Source: Eledone cirrhosa
Taxonomy: Eukaryota
DNA length: 64,000 nucleotides
NCBI GenBank assembly: GCA_964016885.1
Contig: OZ024741.1
Span: forward strand, 406,596,001 to 406,660,000
Direction: 5' to 3'
In this document: positions 22,801-35,700 of the stretch, in pieces
Numbering within the stretch: position 1 is the first letter of the stretch
Layout of the letters: the number at the start of each line of letters is the position of its first letter
The notes under the pieces: model-generated
Database searches by the model: none
The model's input: the letters and a program-made list of their open reading frames with translations, nothing else
Told to the model about the DNA's origin: nothing
Translations under genes and position numbers: made by a program

Positions 22801-24930
22801 CTGTTGGCTGTGTGTGTGTTGTCTGTGTGTGTGTTGTCTGTTGACTGTGTGTGTGTTGTTTGTTGGCTGTATGTGTGTTGTCTGTTGGCTGTGTGTGTGT
22901 TGTCTGTTGGCTGTGTGTGTTGTCTGTTGGCTGTGTGTGTTATCTGTTGGCTGTGTGTGTGTTGTCTGTTGGCTGTGTGTGTGTTGTCTGTGTGTGTGTT
23001 GTCTGTTGACTGTGTGTGTGTTGTTTGTTGGCTGTATGTGTGTTGTCTGTTGGCTGTGTGTGTGTTGTCTGTTGGCTGTATGTGTGTTGTCTGTTGGCTG
23101 TATGTGTGTTGTCTGTTGGCTGTGTGGGTTGTCTGTTGGCTGTGTGTGTTATCTGTTGGCTGTGTGTGTGTTGTCTGTTGGCTGTATGTGTGTTGTCTGT
23201 TGGCTGTGTGTGTTGTCTGTTGGCTGTGTGTGTTATCTGTTGGGTGTGTGTGTGTTGTCTTTTGGCTGTGTGTGTGTTGTCTGTGTGTGTGTTGTCTGTT
23301 GACTGTGTGTGTGTTGTCTGTTGGCTGTGTGTCTTGTCTGTTGACTGTATGTGTGTTGTCTGTTGGCTGTGTGTGTTGTCTGTTGGCTGTGTGTGTTATC
23401 TGTTGGCTGTGTATGTGTTGTCTGTTGGCTGTGTGTGTGTTGTCTGTGTGTTGTCTGTTGTCTGTGTGTGTGTTGTTTGTTGGCTGTATGTGTGTTGTCT
23501 GTTGGCTGTGTGTGTGTTGTCTGTTGGCTGTATGTGTGTTGTCTGTTGGCTGTATGTGTGTTGTCTGTTGGCTGTGTGTGTTGTCTGTTGGCTGTGTGTG
23601 TTGTCTGTTGGCTGTGTGTGTGTTGTCTGTTGGCTGTATGTGTGTTGTCTGTTGGCTGTATGTGTGTTGTCTGTTGGCTGTGTGTGTGTTGTCTGTTGGC
23701 TGTATGTGTGTTGTCTGTTGGCTGTGTGTGTGTTGTCTGTGTGTGTGTTGTCTGTTGGCTGTGTGTGTGTTGTCTGTTGGCTGTATGTGTGTTGTCTGTT
23801 GGCTGTGTGTGTGTTGTCTGTTGGCTGTGTGTGTGTTGTCTGTTGGCTGTGTGTGTGTTGTCTGTTGGCTGTGTGTGTGTTGTCTGTTGGCTGTATGTGT
23901 GTTGTCTGTTGGCTGTGTGTGTGTTGTCTGTGTGTGTGTTGTCTGTTGGCTGTGTGTGTGTTGTCTGTTGGCTGTATGTGTGTTGTCTGTTGGCTGTGTG
24001 TGTGTTGTCTGTTGGCTGTGTGTGTGTTGTCTGTTGGCTGTATGTGTGTTGTCTGTTGGCTGTATGTGTGTTGTCTGTTGGCTATGTGTGTGTTGTCTGT
24101 TGGCTGTGTGTGTGTTGTCTGTTGGCTGTGTGTGTGTTGTCTGTTGGCTGTGTGTGTGTTGTCTGTTGTCTGTGTGTGTGTTGTCTGTTGGCTGTATGTG
24201 TGTTGTCTGTTGGCTGCGTGTGTGTTGTCTGTTGGCTGTGTGTGTGTTGTCTGTTGGCTGTATGTGTGTTGTCTGTTGGCTATGTGTGTGTTGTCTGTTG
24301 GCTGTGTGTGTGTTGTCTGTTGGCTGTGTGTGTGTTGTCTGTTGGCTGTGTGTGTGTTGTCTGTTGGCTGTATGTGTGTTGTCTGTTGGCTGTCTGTGTG
24401 TTGTCTGTTGGCTGTATGTGTGTTGTCTGTTGGCTGTGTGTGTGTTGTCTGTTGGCTGTGTGTGTGTTGTCTGTTGGCTGTATGTGTGTTGTCTGTTGTC
24501 TGTGTGTGTGTTGTCTGTTGGCTGTATGTGTGTTGTCTGTTGGCTGTGTGTGTGTTGTCTGTTGGCTATATGTGTGTTGTCTGTTGTCTGTGTGTGTGTT
24601 GTCTGTTGGCTGTATGTGTGTTGTCTGTTGGCTGTATGTGTGTTGTCTGTTGGCTGTATGTGTGTTGTCTGTTGGCTGTGTGTGTGTTGTCTGTTGGCTG
24701 TATGTGTGTTGTCTGTTGGCTGTGTGTGTGTTGTCTGTTGGCTGTATGTGTGCTGTCTGTTGGCTGTGTGTGTGTTGTCTTTTGGCTGTGTGTGTTGTCT
24801 GTTGGCTGTGTGTGTGTTGTCTGTTGGCTGTGTGTGTGTTGTCTGTGTGTGTGTTGTCTTTTGGCTGTGTGTGTGTTGTTTGTTGGCTGTGTGTGTGTTG
24901 TCTGTTGGCTGTATGTGTGTTGTCTGTTGG
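10875..24930. repeat. 7004-bp higher-order tandem duplication inside the satellite (boundaries approximate)
   Basis: Rare variants and ORF boundaries recur at +7004: 11599/18603, 11745/18749, 13511/20515, 14633/21637, 15701/22705, 16347/23351. Confidence 0.92.
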
Positions 24931-27900
24931 CTGTGTGTGTTGTCTGTTGGCTGTGTGTGTTATCTGTTGGCTGTGTGTGTGTTGTCTGTTGGCTGTATGT
25001 ATGTTGTCTGTTGGCTGTGTGTGTGTTGTCTGTTGGCTGTATGTGTGTTGTCTGTTGGCTGTGTGTGTTGTCTGTTGGCTGTGTGTGTTATCTGTTGGCT
25101 GTGTGTGTGTTGTCTGTTGGCTGTATGTATGTTGTCTGTTGGCTGTGTGTGTTGTCTGTTGGCTGTGTGTGTTATCTGTTGGGTGTGTGTGTGTTGTCTG
25201 TTGGCTGTGTGTGTGTTGTCTGTGTGTGTGTTGTCTGTTGACTGTGTGTGTGTTGTCTGTTGGCTGTATGTGTGTTGTCTTTTGGCTGTATGTGTTGTCT
25301 GTTGGCTGTGTGTGTGTTGTCTGTTGGCTGTATGTGTGTTGTCTTTTGGCTGTATGTGTTGTCTGTTGGCTGTGTGTGTGTTGTCTGTTGGCTGTGTGTG
25401 TGTTGTCTGTGTGTGTGTTGTCTGTTGACTGTGTGTGTGTTGTTTGTTGGCTGTATGTGTGTTGTCTGTTGGCTGTGTGTGTGTTGTCTGTTGGCTGTGT
25501 GTGTTGTCTGTTGGCTGTGTGTGTTATCTGTTGGCTGTGTGTGTGTTGTCTGTTGGCTGTATGTATGTTGTCTGTTGGCTGTGTGTGTTGTCTGTTGGCT
25601 GTGTGTGTTATCTGTTGGGTGTGTGTGTGTTGTCTGTTGGCTGTGTGTGTGTTGTCTGTGTGTGTGTTGTCTGTTGACTGTGTGTGTGTTGTCTGTTGGC
25701 TGTGTGTCTTGTCTGTTGACTGTATGTGTGTTGTCTGTTGGCTGTGTGTGTTTTCTGTTGGCTGTGTGTGTTATCTGTTGGCTGTGTATGTGTTGTCTGT
25801 TGGCTGTGTGTGTGTTGTCTGTGTGTGTGTTGTCTGTTGGCTGTGTGTGTGTTGTTTGTTGGCTGTATGTGTGTTGTCTGTTGGCTGTGTGTGTGTTGTC
25901 TGTTGGCTGTATGTGTGTTGTCTGTTGGCTGTATGTGTGTTGTCTGTTGGCTGTGTGTGTTGTCTGTTGGCTGTGTGTGTTGTCTGTTGGCTGTGTGTGT
26001 GTTGTCTGTTGGCTGTATGTGTGTTGTCTGTTGGCTGTATGTGTGTTGTCTGTTGGCTGTGTGTGTGTTGTCTGTTGGCTGTATGTGTGTTGTCTGTTGG
26101 CTGTGTGTGTGTTGTCTGTGTGTGTGTTGTCTGTTGGCTGTGTGTGTGTTGTCTGTGTGTGTGTTGTCTGTTGGCTGTGTGTGTGTTGTCTGTTGGCTGT
26201 ATGTGTGTTGTCTGTTGGCTGTGTGTGTGTTGTCTGTTGGCTGTGTGTGTGTTGTCTGTTGGCTGTGTGTGTGTTGTCTGTTGGCTGTGTGTGTGTTGTC
26301 TGTTGGCTGTATGTGTGTTGTCTGTTGGCTGTGTGTGTGTTGTCTGTGTGTGTGTTGTCTGTTGGCTGCGTGTGTGTTGTCTGTTGGCTGTATGTGTGTT
26401 GTCTGTTGGCTGTTTGTGTGTTGTCTGTTGGCTGTGCGTGTGTTGTCTGTTGGCTGTATGTGTGTTGTCTGTTGGCTGTATGTGTGTTGTCTGTTGGCTG
26501 TGTGTGTGTTGTCTGTTGGCTGTGTGTGTGTTGTCTGTTGGATGTGTGTGTGTTGTCTGTTGGCTGTGTGTGTGTTGTCTGTTGGCTGTGTGTGTGTTGT
26601 CTGTTGTCTGTGTGTGTGTTGTCTGTTGGCTGTATGTGTGTTGTCTGTTGGCTGTGTGTGTGTTGTCTGTTGGCTGTGTGTGTGTTGTCTGTTGGCTGTA
26701 TGTGTGTTGTCTGTTGGCTATGTGTGTGTTGTCTGTTGGCTGTATGTGTGTTGTCTGTTGGCTGTGTGTGTGTTGTCTGTGTGTGTGTTGTCTGTTGGCT
26801 GTGTGTGTGTTGTCTGTTGGCTGTATGTGTGTTGTCTGTTGGCTGTGTGTGTGTTGTCTGTTGGCTGTGTGTGTGTTGTCTGTTGGCTGTGTGTGTGTTG
26901 TCTGTTGGCTGTGTGTGTGTTGTCTGTTGGCTGTATGTGTGTTGTCTGTTGGCTGTGTGTGTGTTGTCTGTGTGTGTGTTGTCTGTTGGCTGTGTGTGTG
27001 TTGTCTGTTGGCTGTATGTGTGTTGTCTGTTGGCTGTGTGTGTGTTGTCTGTTGGCTGTGTGTGTGTTGTCTGTTGGCTGTATGTGTGTTGTCTGTTGGC
27101 TGTATGTGTGTTGTCTGTTGGCTATGTGTGTGTTGTCTGTTGGCTGTGTGTGTGTTGTCTGTTGGCTGTGTGTGTGTTGTCTGTTGGCTGTGTGTGTGTT
27201 GTCTGTTGTCTGTGTGTGTGTTGTCTGTTGGCTGTATGTGTGTTGTCTGTTGGCTGTGTGTGTGTTGTCTGTTGGCTGTGTGTGTGTTGTCTGTTGGCTG
27301 TATGTGTGTTGTCTGTTGGCTATGTGTGTGTTGTCTGTTGGCTGTGTGTGTGTTGTCTGTTGGCTGTGTGTGTGTTGTCTGTTGGCTGTGTGTGTGTTGT
27401 CTGTTGGCTGTATGTGTGTTGTCTGTTGGCTGTCTGTGTGTTGTCTGTTGGCTGTATGTGTGTTGTCTGTTGGCTGTGTGTGTGTTGTCTGTTGGCTGTG
27501 TGTGTGTTGTCTGTTGGCTGTATGTGTGTTGTCTGTTGTCTGTGTGTGTGTTGTCTGTTGGCTGTATGTGTGTTGTCTGTTGGCTGTGTGTGTGTTGTCT
27601 GTTGGCTATATGTGTGTTGTCTGTTGTCTGTGTGTGTGTTGTCTGTTGGCTGTATGTGTGTTGTCTGTTGGCTGTATGTGTGTTGTCTGTTGGCTGTATG
27701 TGTGTTGTCTGTTGGCTGTGTGTGTGTTGTCTGTTGGCTGTATGTGTGTTGTCTGTTGGCTGTGTGTGTGTTGTCTGTTGGCTGTATGTGTGCTGTCTGT
27801 TGGCTGTGTGTGTGTTGTCTTTTGGCTGTGTGTGTTGTCTGTTGGCTGTGTGTGTGTTGTCTGTTGGCTGTGTGTGTGTTGTCTGTGTGTGTGTTGTCTT

Positions 27901-29780
27901 TTGGCTGTGTGTGTGTTGTTTGTTGGCTGTGTGTGTGTTGTCTGTTGGCTGTATGTGTGTTGTCTGTTGGCTGTGTGTGTTGTCTGTTGGCTGTGTGTGT
28001 TATCTGTTGGCTGTGTGTGTGTTGTCTGTTGGCTGTATGTATGTTGTCTGTTGGCTGTGTGTGTGTTGTCTGTTGGCTGTATGTGTGTTGTCTGTTGGCT
28101 GTGTGTGTTGTCTGTTGGCTGTGTGTGTTATCTGTTGGCTGTGTGTGTGTTGTCTGTTGGCTGTATGTATGTTGTCTGTTGGCTGTGTGTGTTGTCTGTT
28201 GGCTGTGTGTGTTATCTGTTGGGTGTGTGTGTGTTGTCTGTTGGCTGTGTGTGTGTTGTCTGTGTGTGTGTTGTCTGTTGACTGTGTGTGTGTTGTCTGT
28301 TGGCTGTATGTGTGTTGTCTTTTGGCTGTATGTGTTGTCTGTTGGCTGTGTGTGTGTTGTCTGTTGGCTGTATGTGTGTTGTCTTTTGGCTGTATGTGTT
28401 GTCTGTTGGCTGTGTGTGTGTTGTCTGTTGGCTGTGTGTGTGTTGTCTGTGTGTGTGTTGTCTGTTGACTGTGTGTGTGTTGTTTGTTGGCTGTATGTGT
28501 GTTGTCTGTTGGCTGTGTGTGTGTTGTCTGTTGGCTGTGTGTGTTGTCTGTTGGCTGTGTGTGTTATCTGTTGGCTGTGTGTGTGTTGTCTGTTGGCTGT
28601 ATGTATGTTGTCTGTTGGCTGTGTGTGTTGTCTGTTGGCTGTGTGTGTTATCTGTTGGGTGTGTGTGTGTTGTCTGTTGGCTGTGTGTGTGTTGTCTGTG
28701 TGTGTGTTGTCTGTTGACTGTGTGTGTGTTGTCTGTTGGCTGTGTGTCTTGTCTGTTGACTGTATGTGTGTTGTCTGTTGGCTGTGTGTGTTTTCTGTTG
28801 GCTGTGTGTGTTATCTGTTGGCTGTGTATGTGTTGTCTGTTGGCTGTGTGTGTGTTGTCTGTGTGTGTGTTGTCTGTTGGCTGTGTGTGTGTTGTTTGTT
28901 GGCTGTATGTGTGTTGTCTGTTGGCTGTGTGTGTGTTGTCTGTTGGCTGTATGTGTGTTGTCTGTTGGCTGTATGTGTGTTGTCTGTTGGCTGTGTGTGT
29001 TGTCTGTTGGCTGTGTGTGTTGTCTGTTGGCTGTGTGTGTGTTGTCTGTTGGCTGTATGTGTGTTGTCTGTTGGCTGTATGTGTGTTGTCTGTTGGCTGT
29101 GTGTGTGTTGTCTGTTGGCTGTATGTGTGTTGTCTGTTGGCTGTGTGTGTGTTGTCTGTGTGTGTGTTGTCTGTTGGCTGTGTGTGTGTTGTCTGTGTGT
29201 GTGTTGTCTGTTGGCTGTGTGTGTGTTGTCTGTTGGCTGTATGTGTGTTGTCTGTTGGCTGTGTGTGTGTTGTCTGTTGGCTGTGTGTGTGTTGTCTGTT
29301 GGCTGTGTGTGTGTTGTCTGTTGGCTGTGTGTGTGTTGTCTGTTGGCTGTATGTGTGTTGTCTGTTGGCTGTGTGTGTGTTGTCTGTGTGTGTGTTGTCT
29401 GTTGGCTGCGTGTGTGTTGTCTGTTGGCTGTATGTGTGTTGTCTGTTGGCTGTGTGTGTGTTGTCTGTTGGCTGTGCGTGTGTTGTCTGTTGGCTGTATG
29501 TGTGTTGTCTGTTGGCTGTATGTGTGTTGTCTGTTGGCTGTGTGTGTGTTGTCTGTTGGCTGTGTGTGTGTTGTCTGTTGGATGTGTGTGTGTTGTCTGT
29601 TGGCTGTGTGTGTGTTGTCTGTTGGCTGTGTGTGTGTTGTCTGTTGTCTGTGTGTGTGTTGTCTGTTGGCTGTATGTGTGTTGTCTGTTGGCTGTGTGTG
29701 TGTTGTCTGTTGGCTGTGTGTGTGTTGTCTGTTGGCTGTATGTGTGTTGTCTGTTGGCTATGTGTGTGTTGTCTGTTGGC
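23700..29780. repeat. 3040-bp higher-order tandem duplication inside the satellite (boundaries approximate)
   Basis: Markers recur at +3040: ORF starts 25248/28288, 25435/28475, 25726/28766; ggatgt variant 26541/29581; tgctgtc variant ~24752/27792. Confidence 0.9.
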
Positions 29781-32700
29781 TGTGTGTGTGTTGTCTGTTG
29801 GCTGTGTGTGTGTTGTCTGTTGGCTGTGTGTGTGTTGTCTGTTGGCTGTATGTGTGTTGTCTGTTGGCTGTGTGTGTGTTGTCTGTTGGCTGTGTGTGTG
29901 TTGGCTATATGTGTGTTGTCTGTTGGCTGTGTGTATGTTGTCTGTTGGCTATGTGTGTGTTGTCTGTTGGCTGTGTGTGTGTTGTCTGTTGGCTGTATGT
30001 GTGTTGTCTGTTGGCTGTATGTGTGTTGTCTGTTGGCTGTGTGTGTGTTGTCTGTTGGCTGTATGTGTGTTGTCTGTTGGCTGTATGTGTGTTGTCTGTT
30101 GTCTGTGTGTGTGTTGTCTGTTGGCTGTATGTGTGTTGTCTGTTGGCTGTGTGTGTGTTGTCTTTTGGCTGTGTGTGTGTTGTCTGTTGGCTGTGTTTGT
30201 GTTGTCTGTTGGCTGTGTGTGTGTTGGCTATATGTGTGTTGTCTGTTGGCTGTGTGTATGTTGTCTGTTGGCTATGTGTGTGTTGTCTGTTGGCTGTGTG
30301 TGTGTTGTCTGTTGGCTGTGTGTGTGTTGTCTGTTGGCTGTATGTGTGTTGTCTGTTGGATATATGTGTGTTGTCAGTTGGCTGTGTGTTTTGTCTGTTG
30401 GCTGTGTGTGTTGTCTGTTGGCTGTGTGTGTGTTGTCTGTTGGCTGTATGTGTGTTGGCTATATGTGTGTTGTCTGTTGGCTGTGTGTATGTTGTCTGTT
30501 GGCTGTGTGTGTTGTCTGTTGGCAGTGTGTGTTGTCTGTTGGCTGTGTGTGTGTTGTCTGTTGGCTGTATCTGTGTTGTCTGTTGGCTATATGTGTGTTG
30601 GTTGTCTGTTGGCTGTGTGTGTTGTCTGTTGGCTGTGTGTGTTGTCTGTTGGCTGAATTTGTGTTGTCTGTTGGCTGTATGTGTGTTGTCTGTTGGCTGT
30701 ATGTGTGTTGTCAGTTGGCTGTGTGTGTGTTGTCTGTTGGCTGTGTGTGTGTTGTCTGTTGGCTGTGTGTGTGTTGTCTGTTGGCTGTATGTGTGTTGTC
30801 TGTTGGCTGTGTGTGTGTTGTCTGTTGGCTGTGTGTGTGTTATCTGTTGGCTGTATGTGTGTTGTCTGTTGGCTGAGTGTGTGTTGTCTGTTGGCTGTAT
30901 GTGTGTTGTCTGTTGGCTGAGTGTGTGTTGTCTGTTGGCTGAGTGTGTGTTGTCTGTTGGCTGTATGTGTGTTGTCTGTTGGCTGTATGTGTTGTCTGTT
31001 GGCTGTATGTGTGTTGTCCGTTGGCTGTGTGTGTGTTGTCTGTTGGCTGTATGTGTGTTGTCTGTTGGCTGTGTGTGTGTTGTCTGTTGGCTGTGTGTGT
31101 GTTGTCTGTTGGCTGTATGTGTGTTGTCTGTTGGCTGTGTGTATTGTCTGTTGGCTGTGTGTGTTATCTGTCGGCTGTGTGTGTGTTGTCTGTTGGCTGT
31201 ATGTGTGTTGTCTGTTGGCTGTGTGTGTTGTCTGTTGGCTGTGTGTGTTATCTGTTGGCTGTGTGTGTGTTGTCTGTTGGCTGTATGTGTGTTGTCTGTT
31301 GGCTGTGTGTGTTGTCTGTTGGCTCTGTGTGTTGTCTGTTGGCTGTGTGTGTGTTGTCTGTTGGCTGTGTGTGTTATCTGTTGTCTGTGTGTGTGTTGTC
31401 TGTTGGCTGTATGTGTGTTGTCTGTTGGCTGTGTGTGTTGTCTGTTGGCTGTGTGTGTTATCTGTTGGGTGTGTGTGTGTTGTCTGTTGGCTGTGTGTGT
31501 GTTGTCTGTGAGTGTGTTGTCTGTTGACTGTGTGTGTGTTGTTTGTTGGCTGTATGTGTGTTGTCTGTTGGCTGTGTGTGTGTTGTCTGTTGGCTGTGTG
31601 TGTTGTCTGTTGGCTGTGTGTGTTATCTGTTGGCTGTGTGTGTGTTGTCTGTTGGCTGTGTGTGAGTTGTCTGTGTGTGTGTTGTCTGTTGGCTGTGTGT
31701 GTGTTGTCTGTTGGCTGTATGTGTGTTGTCTGTTGGCTGTGTGTGTGTTGTCTGTTGGCTGTGTGTGTGTTGTCTGTTGGCTGTATGTGTGTTGTCTGTT
31801 GGCTGTGTGTGTGTTGTCTGTTGGCTGTATGTGTGTTGTCTGTTGGCTGTGTGTATGTTGTCTGTTGGCTGTGTGTGTTGTCTATTGGCAGTGTGTGTTG
31901 TCTGTTGGCTGTGTGTGTGTTGTCTGTTGGCTGTATCTGTGTTGTCTGTTGGCTATATGTGTGTTGTCTGTTGGCTGTGTGTGTGTTGTCTGTTGGCTGT
32001 GTGTGTTGTCTGTTGGCTGTGTGTGTGTTGTCTGTTGGCTGTGTGTGTGTTGTCTGTTGGCTGTGTGTGTTGTCTGTTGGCTATATGTGTGTTGTCTGTT
32101 GGCTGTGTGTGTGTTGTCTGTTGGCTCTGTGTGTTGTCTGTTGGCTGTGTGTGTGTTGTCTGTTGGCTGTGTGTGTTATCTGTTGTCTGTGTGTGTGTTG
32201 TCTGTTGGCTGTATGTGTGTTGTCTGTTGGCTGTGTGTGTTGTCTGTTGGCTGTGTGTGTTATCTGTTGGGTGTGTGTGTGTTGTCTGTTGGCTGTGTGT
32301 GTGTTGTCTGTGAGTGTGTTGTCTGTTGACTGTGTGTGTGTTGTTTGTTGGCTGTATGTGTGTTGTCTGTTGGCTGTGTGTGTGTTGTCTGTTGGCTGTG
32401 TGTGTTGTCTGTTGGCTATATGTGTGTTGTCTGTTGGCTGTGTGTGTGTTGTCTGTTGGCTGTGTGTGTTGTCTGTTGGCTATATGTGTGTTGTCTGTTG
32501 GCTGTATGTGTGTTGTCTGTTGGCTGTGTGTGTGTTGTCTGTTGGCTGTGTGTGTGTTGTCTGTTGGCTGTATGTGTGTTGTCTGTTGGCTGTGTGTGTG
32601 TTGTCTGTTGGCTGTATGTGTGTTGTCTGTTGGCTGTGTGTATGTTGTCTGTTGGCTGTGTGTGTTGTCTATTGGCAGTGTGTGTTGTCTGTTGGCTGTG

Positions 32701-35700
32701 TGTGTGTTGTCTGTTGGCTGTATCTGTGTTGTCTGTTGGCTATATGTGTGTTGTCTGTTGGCTGTGTGTGTGTTGTCTGTTGGCTGTGTGTGTTGTCTGT
32801 TGGCTGTGTGTGTGTTGTCTGTTGGCTGTGTGTGTGTTGTCTGTTGGCTGTGTGTGTTGTCTGTTGGCTATATGTGTGTTGTCTGTTGGCTGTGTGTGTG
32901 TTGTCTGTTGGCTCTGTGTGTTGTCTGTTGGCTGTGTGTGTGTTGTCTGTTGGCTGTGTGTGTTATCTGTTGTCTGTGTGTGTGTTGTCTGTTGGCTGTA
33001 TGTGTGTTGTCTGTTGGCTGTGTGTGTTGTCTGTTGGCTGTGTGTGTTATCTGTTGGGTGTGTGTGTGTTGTCTGTTGGCTGTGTGTGTGTTGTCTGTGA
33101 GTGTGTTGTCTGTTGACTGTGTGTGTGTTGTTTGTTGGCTGTATGTGTGTTGTCTGTTGGCTGTGTGTGTGTTGTCTGTTGGCTGTGTGTGTTGTCTGTT
33201 GGCTGTGTGTGTTATCTGTTGGCTGTGTGTGTGTTGTCTGTTGGCTGTGTGTGAGTTGTCTGTGTGTGTGTTGTCTGTTGGCTGTGTGTGTGTTGTCTGT
33301 TGGCTGTATGTGTGTTGTCTGTTGGCTTTATGTGTGTTGTCTGTTGGCTGTGTGCGTGTTGTCTGTTGGCTGTATGTGTGTTGTCTGTTGGCTGTGTGTG
33401 TGTTGTCTGTTGGCTGTATGTGTGTTGTCTGTTGGCTGTGTGTATGTTGTCTGTTGGCTGTGTGTGTTGTCTATTGGCAGTGTGTGTTGTCTGTTGGCTG
33501 TGTGTGTGTTGTCTGTTGGCTGTATCTGTGTTGTCTGTTGGCTATATGTGTGTTGTCTGTTGGCTGTGTGTGTGTTGTCTGTTGGCTGTGTGTGTTGTCT
33601 GTTGGCTGTGTGTGTTGTCTGTTGGCTGTGTGTGTTATCTGTTGGCTGTGTGTGTGTTGTCTGTTGGCTGTGTGTGAGTTGTCTGTGTGTGTGTTGTCTG
33701 TTGGCTGTGTGTGTGTTGTCTGTTGGCTGTGTGTGTGTTGTCTGTTGGCTGTATGTGTGTTGTCTGTTGGCTATATGTGTGTTGTCTGTTGGCTGTGTGT
33801 GTTGTCTGTTGGCTGTGTGTGTTGTCTGTTGGCTGTGTGTGTGTTGTCTGTTGGCTGTATGTGTGTTGTCTGTTGGCTGTATGTGTGTTGTCAGTTGGCT
33901 GTGTGTGTGTTGTCTGTTGGCTGTGTGTGTGTTGTCTGTTGGCTGTGTGTGTGTTGTCTGTTGGCTATATGTGTGTTGTCTGTTGGCTGTGTGTGTTGTC
34001 TGTTGGCTGTGTGTGTTATCTGTTGTCTGTGTGTGTGTTGTCTGTTGGCTGTATGTGTGTTGTCTGTTGGCTGTGTGTGTTGTCTGTTGGCTGTGTGTGT
34101 TGTCTGTTGGCTGTATGTGTGTTGTCTGTTGGCTGTGTGTGTTGTCTGTTGGCTGTCTGTGTTGTCTGTTGGCTGTGTGTGTGTTGTCTGTTGGCTGTAT
34201 GTGTGTTGTCTGTTGGCTGTGTGTGTTGTCTGTTGGCTGTGTGTGTTATCTGTTGTCTGTGTGTGTGTTGTCTGTTGGCTGTATGTGTGTTGTCTGTTGG
34301 CTGTGTGTGTTGTCTGTTGGCTGTGTGTGTTATCTGTTGGGTGTGTGTGTGTTGTCTGTTGGCTGTGTGTGTGTTGTCTGTGAGTGTGTTGTCTGTTGAC
34401 TGTGTGTGTGTTGTTTGTTGGCTGTATGTGTGTTGTCTGTTGGCTGTGTGTGTGTTGTCTGTTGGCTGTGTGTGTTGTCTGTTGGCTGTGTGTGTTATCT
34501 GTTGGCTGTGTGTGTGTTGTCTGTTGGCTGTGTGTGAGTTGTCTGTGTGTGTGTTGTCTGTTGGCTGTGTGTGTGTTGTCTGTTGGCTGTATGTGTGTTG
34601 TCTGTTGGCTTTATGTGTGTTGTCTGTTGGCTGTGTGTGTTGTCTGTTGGCTGTGTGTGTGTTGTCTGTTGGCTGTATGTGTGTTGTCTGTTGGCTGTGT
34701 GTGTGTTGGCTGTTGGCTGTGTGTGTGTTGGCTATATGTGTGTTGTCTGTTGGCTGTGTGTATGTTGTCTGTTGGCTGTGTGTGTTGTCTATTGGCAGTG
34801 TGTGTTGTCTGTTGGCTGTGTGTGTGTTGTCTGTTGGCTGTATCTGTGTTGTCTGTTGGCTATATGTGTGTTGTCTGTTGGCTGTGTGTGTGTTGTCTGT
34901 TGGCTGTATGTGTGTTGTCTGTTGGCTATATGTGTGTTGTCTGTTGGCTGTGTGTGTTGTCTGTTGGCTGTGTGTGTTGTCTGTTGGCTGTGTGTGTGTT
35001 GTCTGTTGGCTGTATGTGTGTTGTCTGTTGGCTGTATGTGTGTTGTCAGTTGGCTGTGTGTGTGTTGTCTGTTGGCTGTGTGTGTGTTGTCTGTTGGCTG
35101 TGTGTGTGTTGTCTGTTGGCTGTATGTGTGTTGTCTGTTGGCTGTGTGTGTGTTGTCTGTTGGCTGTGTGTGTGTTATCTGTTGGCTGTATGTGTGTTGT
35201 CTGTTGGCTGAGTGTGTGTTGTCTGTTGGCTGTATGTGTGTTGTCTGTTGGCTGTGTGTGTGTTGTCTGTTGGCTGTATGTGTGTTGTCTGTTGGCTGTG
35301 TGTATGTTGTCTGTTGGCTGTGTGTGTGTTGTCTGTTGGCTGTGTGTGTGTTGTCTGTTGGCTGTGTGTGTGTTGTCTGTTGGCTGTATGTGTGTTGTCT
35401 GTTGGCTGTGTGTGTGTTGTCTGTTGGCTGTGTGTGTGTTATCTGTTGGCTGTATGTGTGTTGTCTGTTGGCTGAGTGTCTGTTGTCTGTTGGCTGTATG
35501 TGTGTTGTCTGTTGGCTGTGTGTGTGTTGTCTGTTGGCTGTATGTGTGTTGTCTGTTGGCTGTGTGTGTTGTCTGTTGGCTCTGTGTGTTGTCTGTTGGC
35601 TATGTGTGTGTTGTCTGTTGGCTGTATGTGTGTTGTCTGTTGGCTGTGTGTGTTGTCTGTTGGCTGTGTGTGTTATCTGTCGGCTGTGTGTGTGTTGTCT

